The notes beneath the pieces were generated by a model. It saw nothing but the letters and a program-made list of their open reading frames with translations. It did not search any database and was not told where the DNA came from. DNA of 64,000 nt. Origin: Spirochaetia bacterium (GTDB taxonomy: Bacteria > Spirochaetota > Spirochaetia > DSM-16054 > Sediminispirochaetaceae). Position numbers and translations under genes: made by a program. The stretch lies in the NCBI GenBank assembly GCA_034520965.1, contig JAXHMY010000001.1, forward strand, positions 32,001 through 96,000. The letters run 5' to 3'. Below, piece after piece: positions 63,600 to 64,000 of this stretch. How positions within the stretch are numbered: position 1 is the stretch's first letter; each line of letters opens with the position of its first letter.

Positions 63600-64000
63600 T
63601 TACTTCGTGCCTACATTTTTTATTATCCAATCAGAAGGTCTATTACCATCCTGTATTCCTTCAGCTAATTCGGGTTTTGTGGTGCTCATAGTACCAAGAT
63701 TTATGGCATCACTAAGCTCATTATTAGTCCATAACCCTTTATTTACCGCATTCGTGAGTACACCAAGAGGATTAGCATTTCTCCGATGACAGCCAATAAT
63801 TACTAGTATTATCATCTGTCGTAAAGGGTACAACTTCAATTACAGTACCATCATCCAATTTAATGAAAAGTAACCCATAGGAGTCACCCTCCCAATCAAA
63901 AGTGGTAGTTGATTTACAATCCCAAATATTATCATTTCCAAAACTATCTTGAGCTTTGGTAGTTGTATCCATTGTTCCTACTGTATTGTTAGAATGAACT
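63600..64000 (-). other. 3' end of an AT-rich unknown gene entering from the window edge (apparent frameshift)
   Basis: Overlapping ORFs 63772-63972 and 63600-63839; no family recognised. Confidence 0.35.

Noticed and set aside
62680..64000. Complete diversity-generating retroelement
   Set aside because: No reverse transcriptase, Avd or template repeat in the window.

Overview
A 64-kb accessory region, probably from a Spirochaetia bacterium (inferred from the spirochete-like DegP N-terminus, SH3 lipoprotein and DUF1566 lipoprotein). The left half (1-33.3 kb) is punctuated by six copies, all in one orientation, of a composite repeat that the ORF track does not show. A full copy reads: 11-bp tandem arm-like repeats, an AT-rich GTATATGAnnTATATGA box, then the 3' half of tRNA-Arg(UCU). 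This is the architecture expected of tandem attachment (att) junctions. The junctions sit beside toxin-antitoxin (TA) genes, and a second repeated promoter module lies in front of unrelated TA families, which suggests a tRNA-anchored, integron-like cassette array. No integrase or intact tRNA is in the window. Cargo includes a secretin-Rhs-putative immunity locus; a kaiC-kaiB operon with three histidine kinases and a CarH-type B12 protein, interrupted by an IS110 whose non-coding end shows target- and donor-matching guides; and a MalT/LuxR-ABC block. The right half holds a GT4/LPG-synthase/DMT operon, a two-component system with DegP and a readable 11-bp-phased operator regulon, a NEW3-ABC operon, GH100 invertase plus glucose dehydrogenase, more TA pairs, and a nine-repeat DUF1566 surface lipoprotein. 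Many genes are frameshifted or internally deleted. The deletions look like real decay, while some single-base indels may be sequencing errors. All product calls come from motif recognition, not database searches.
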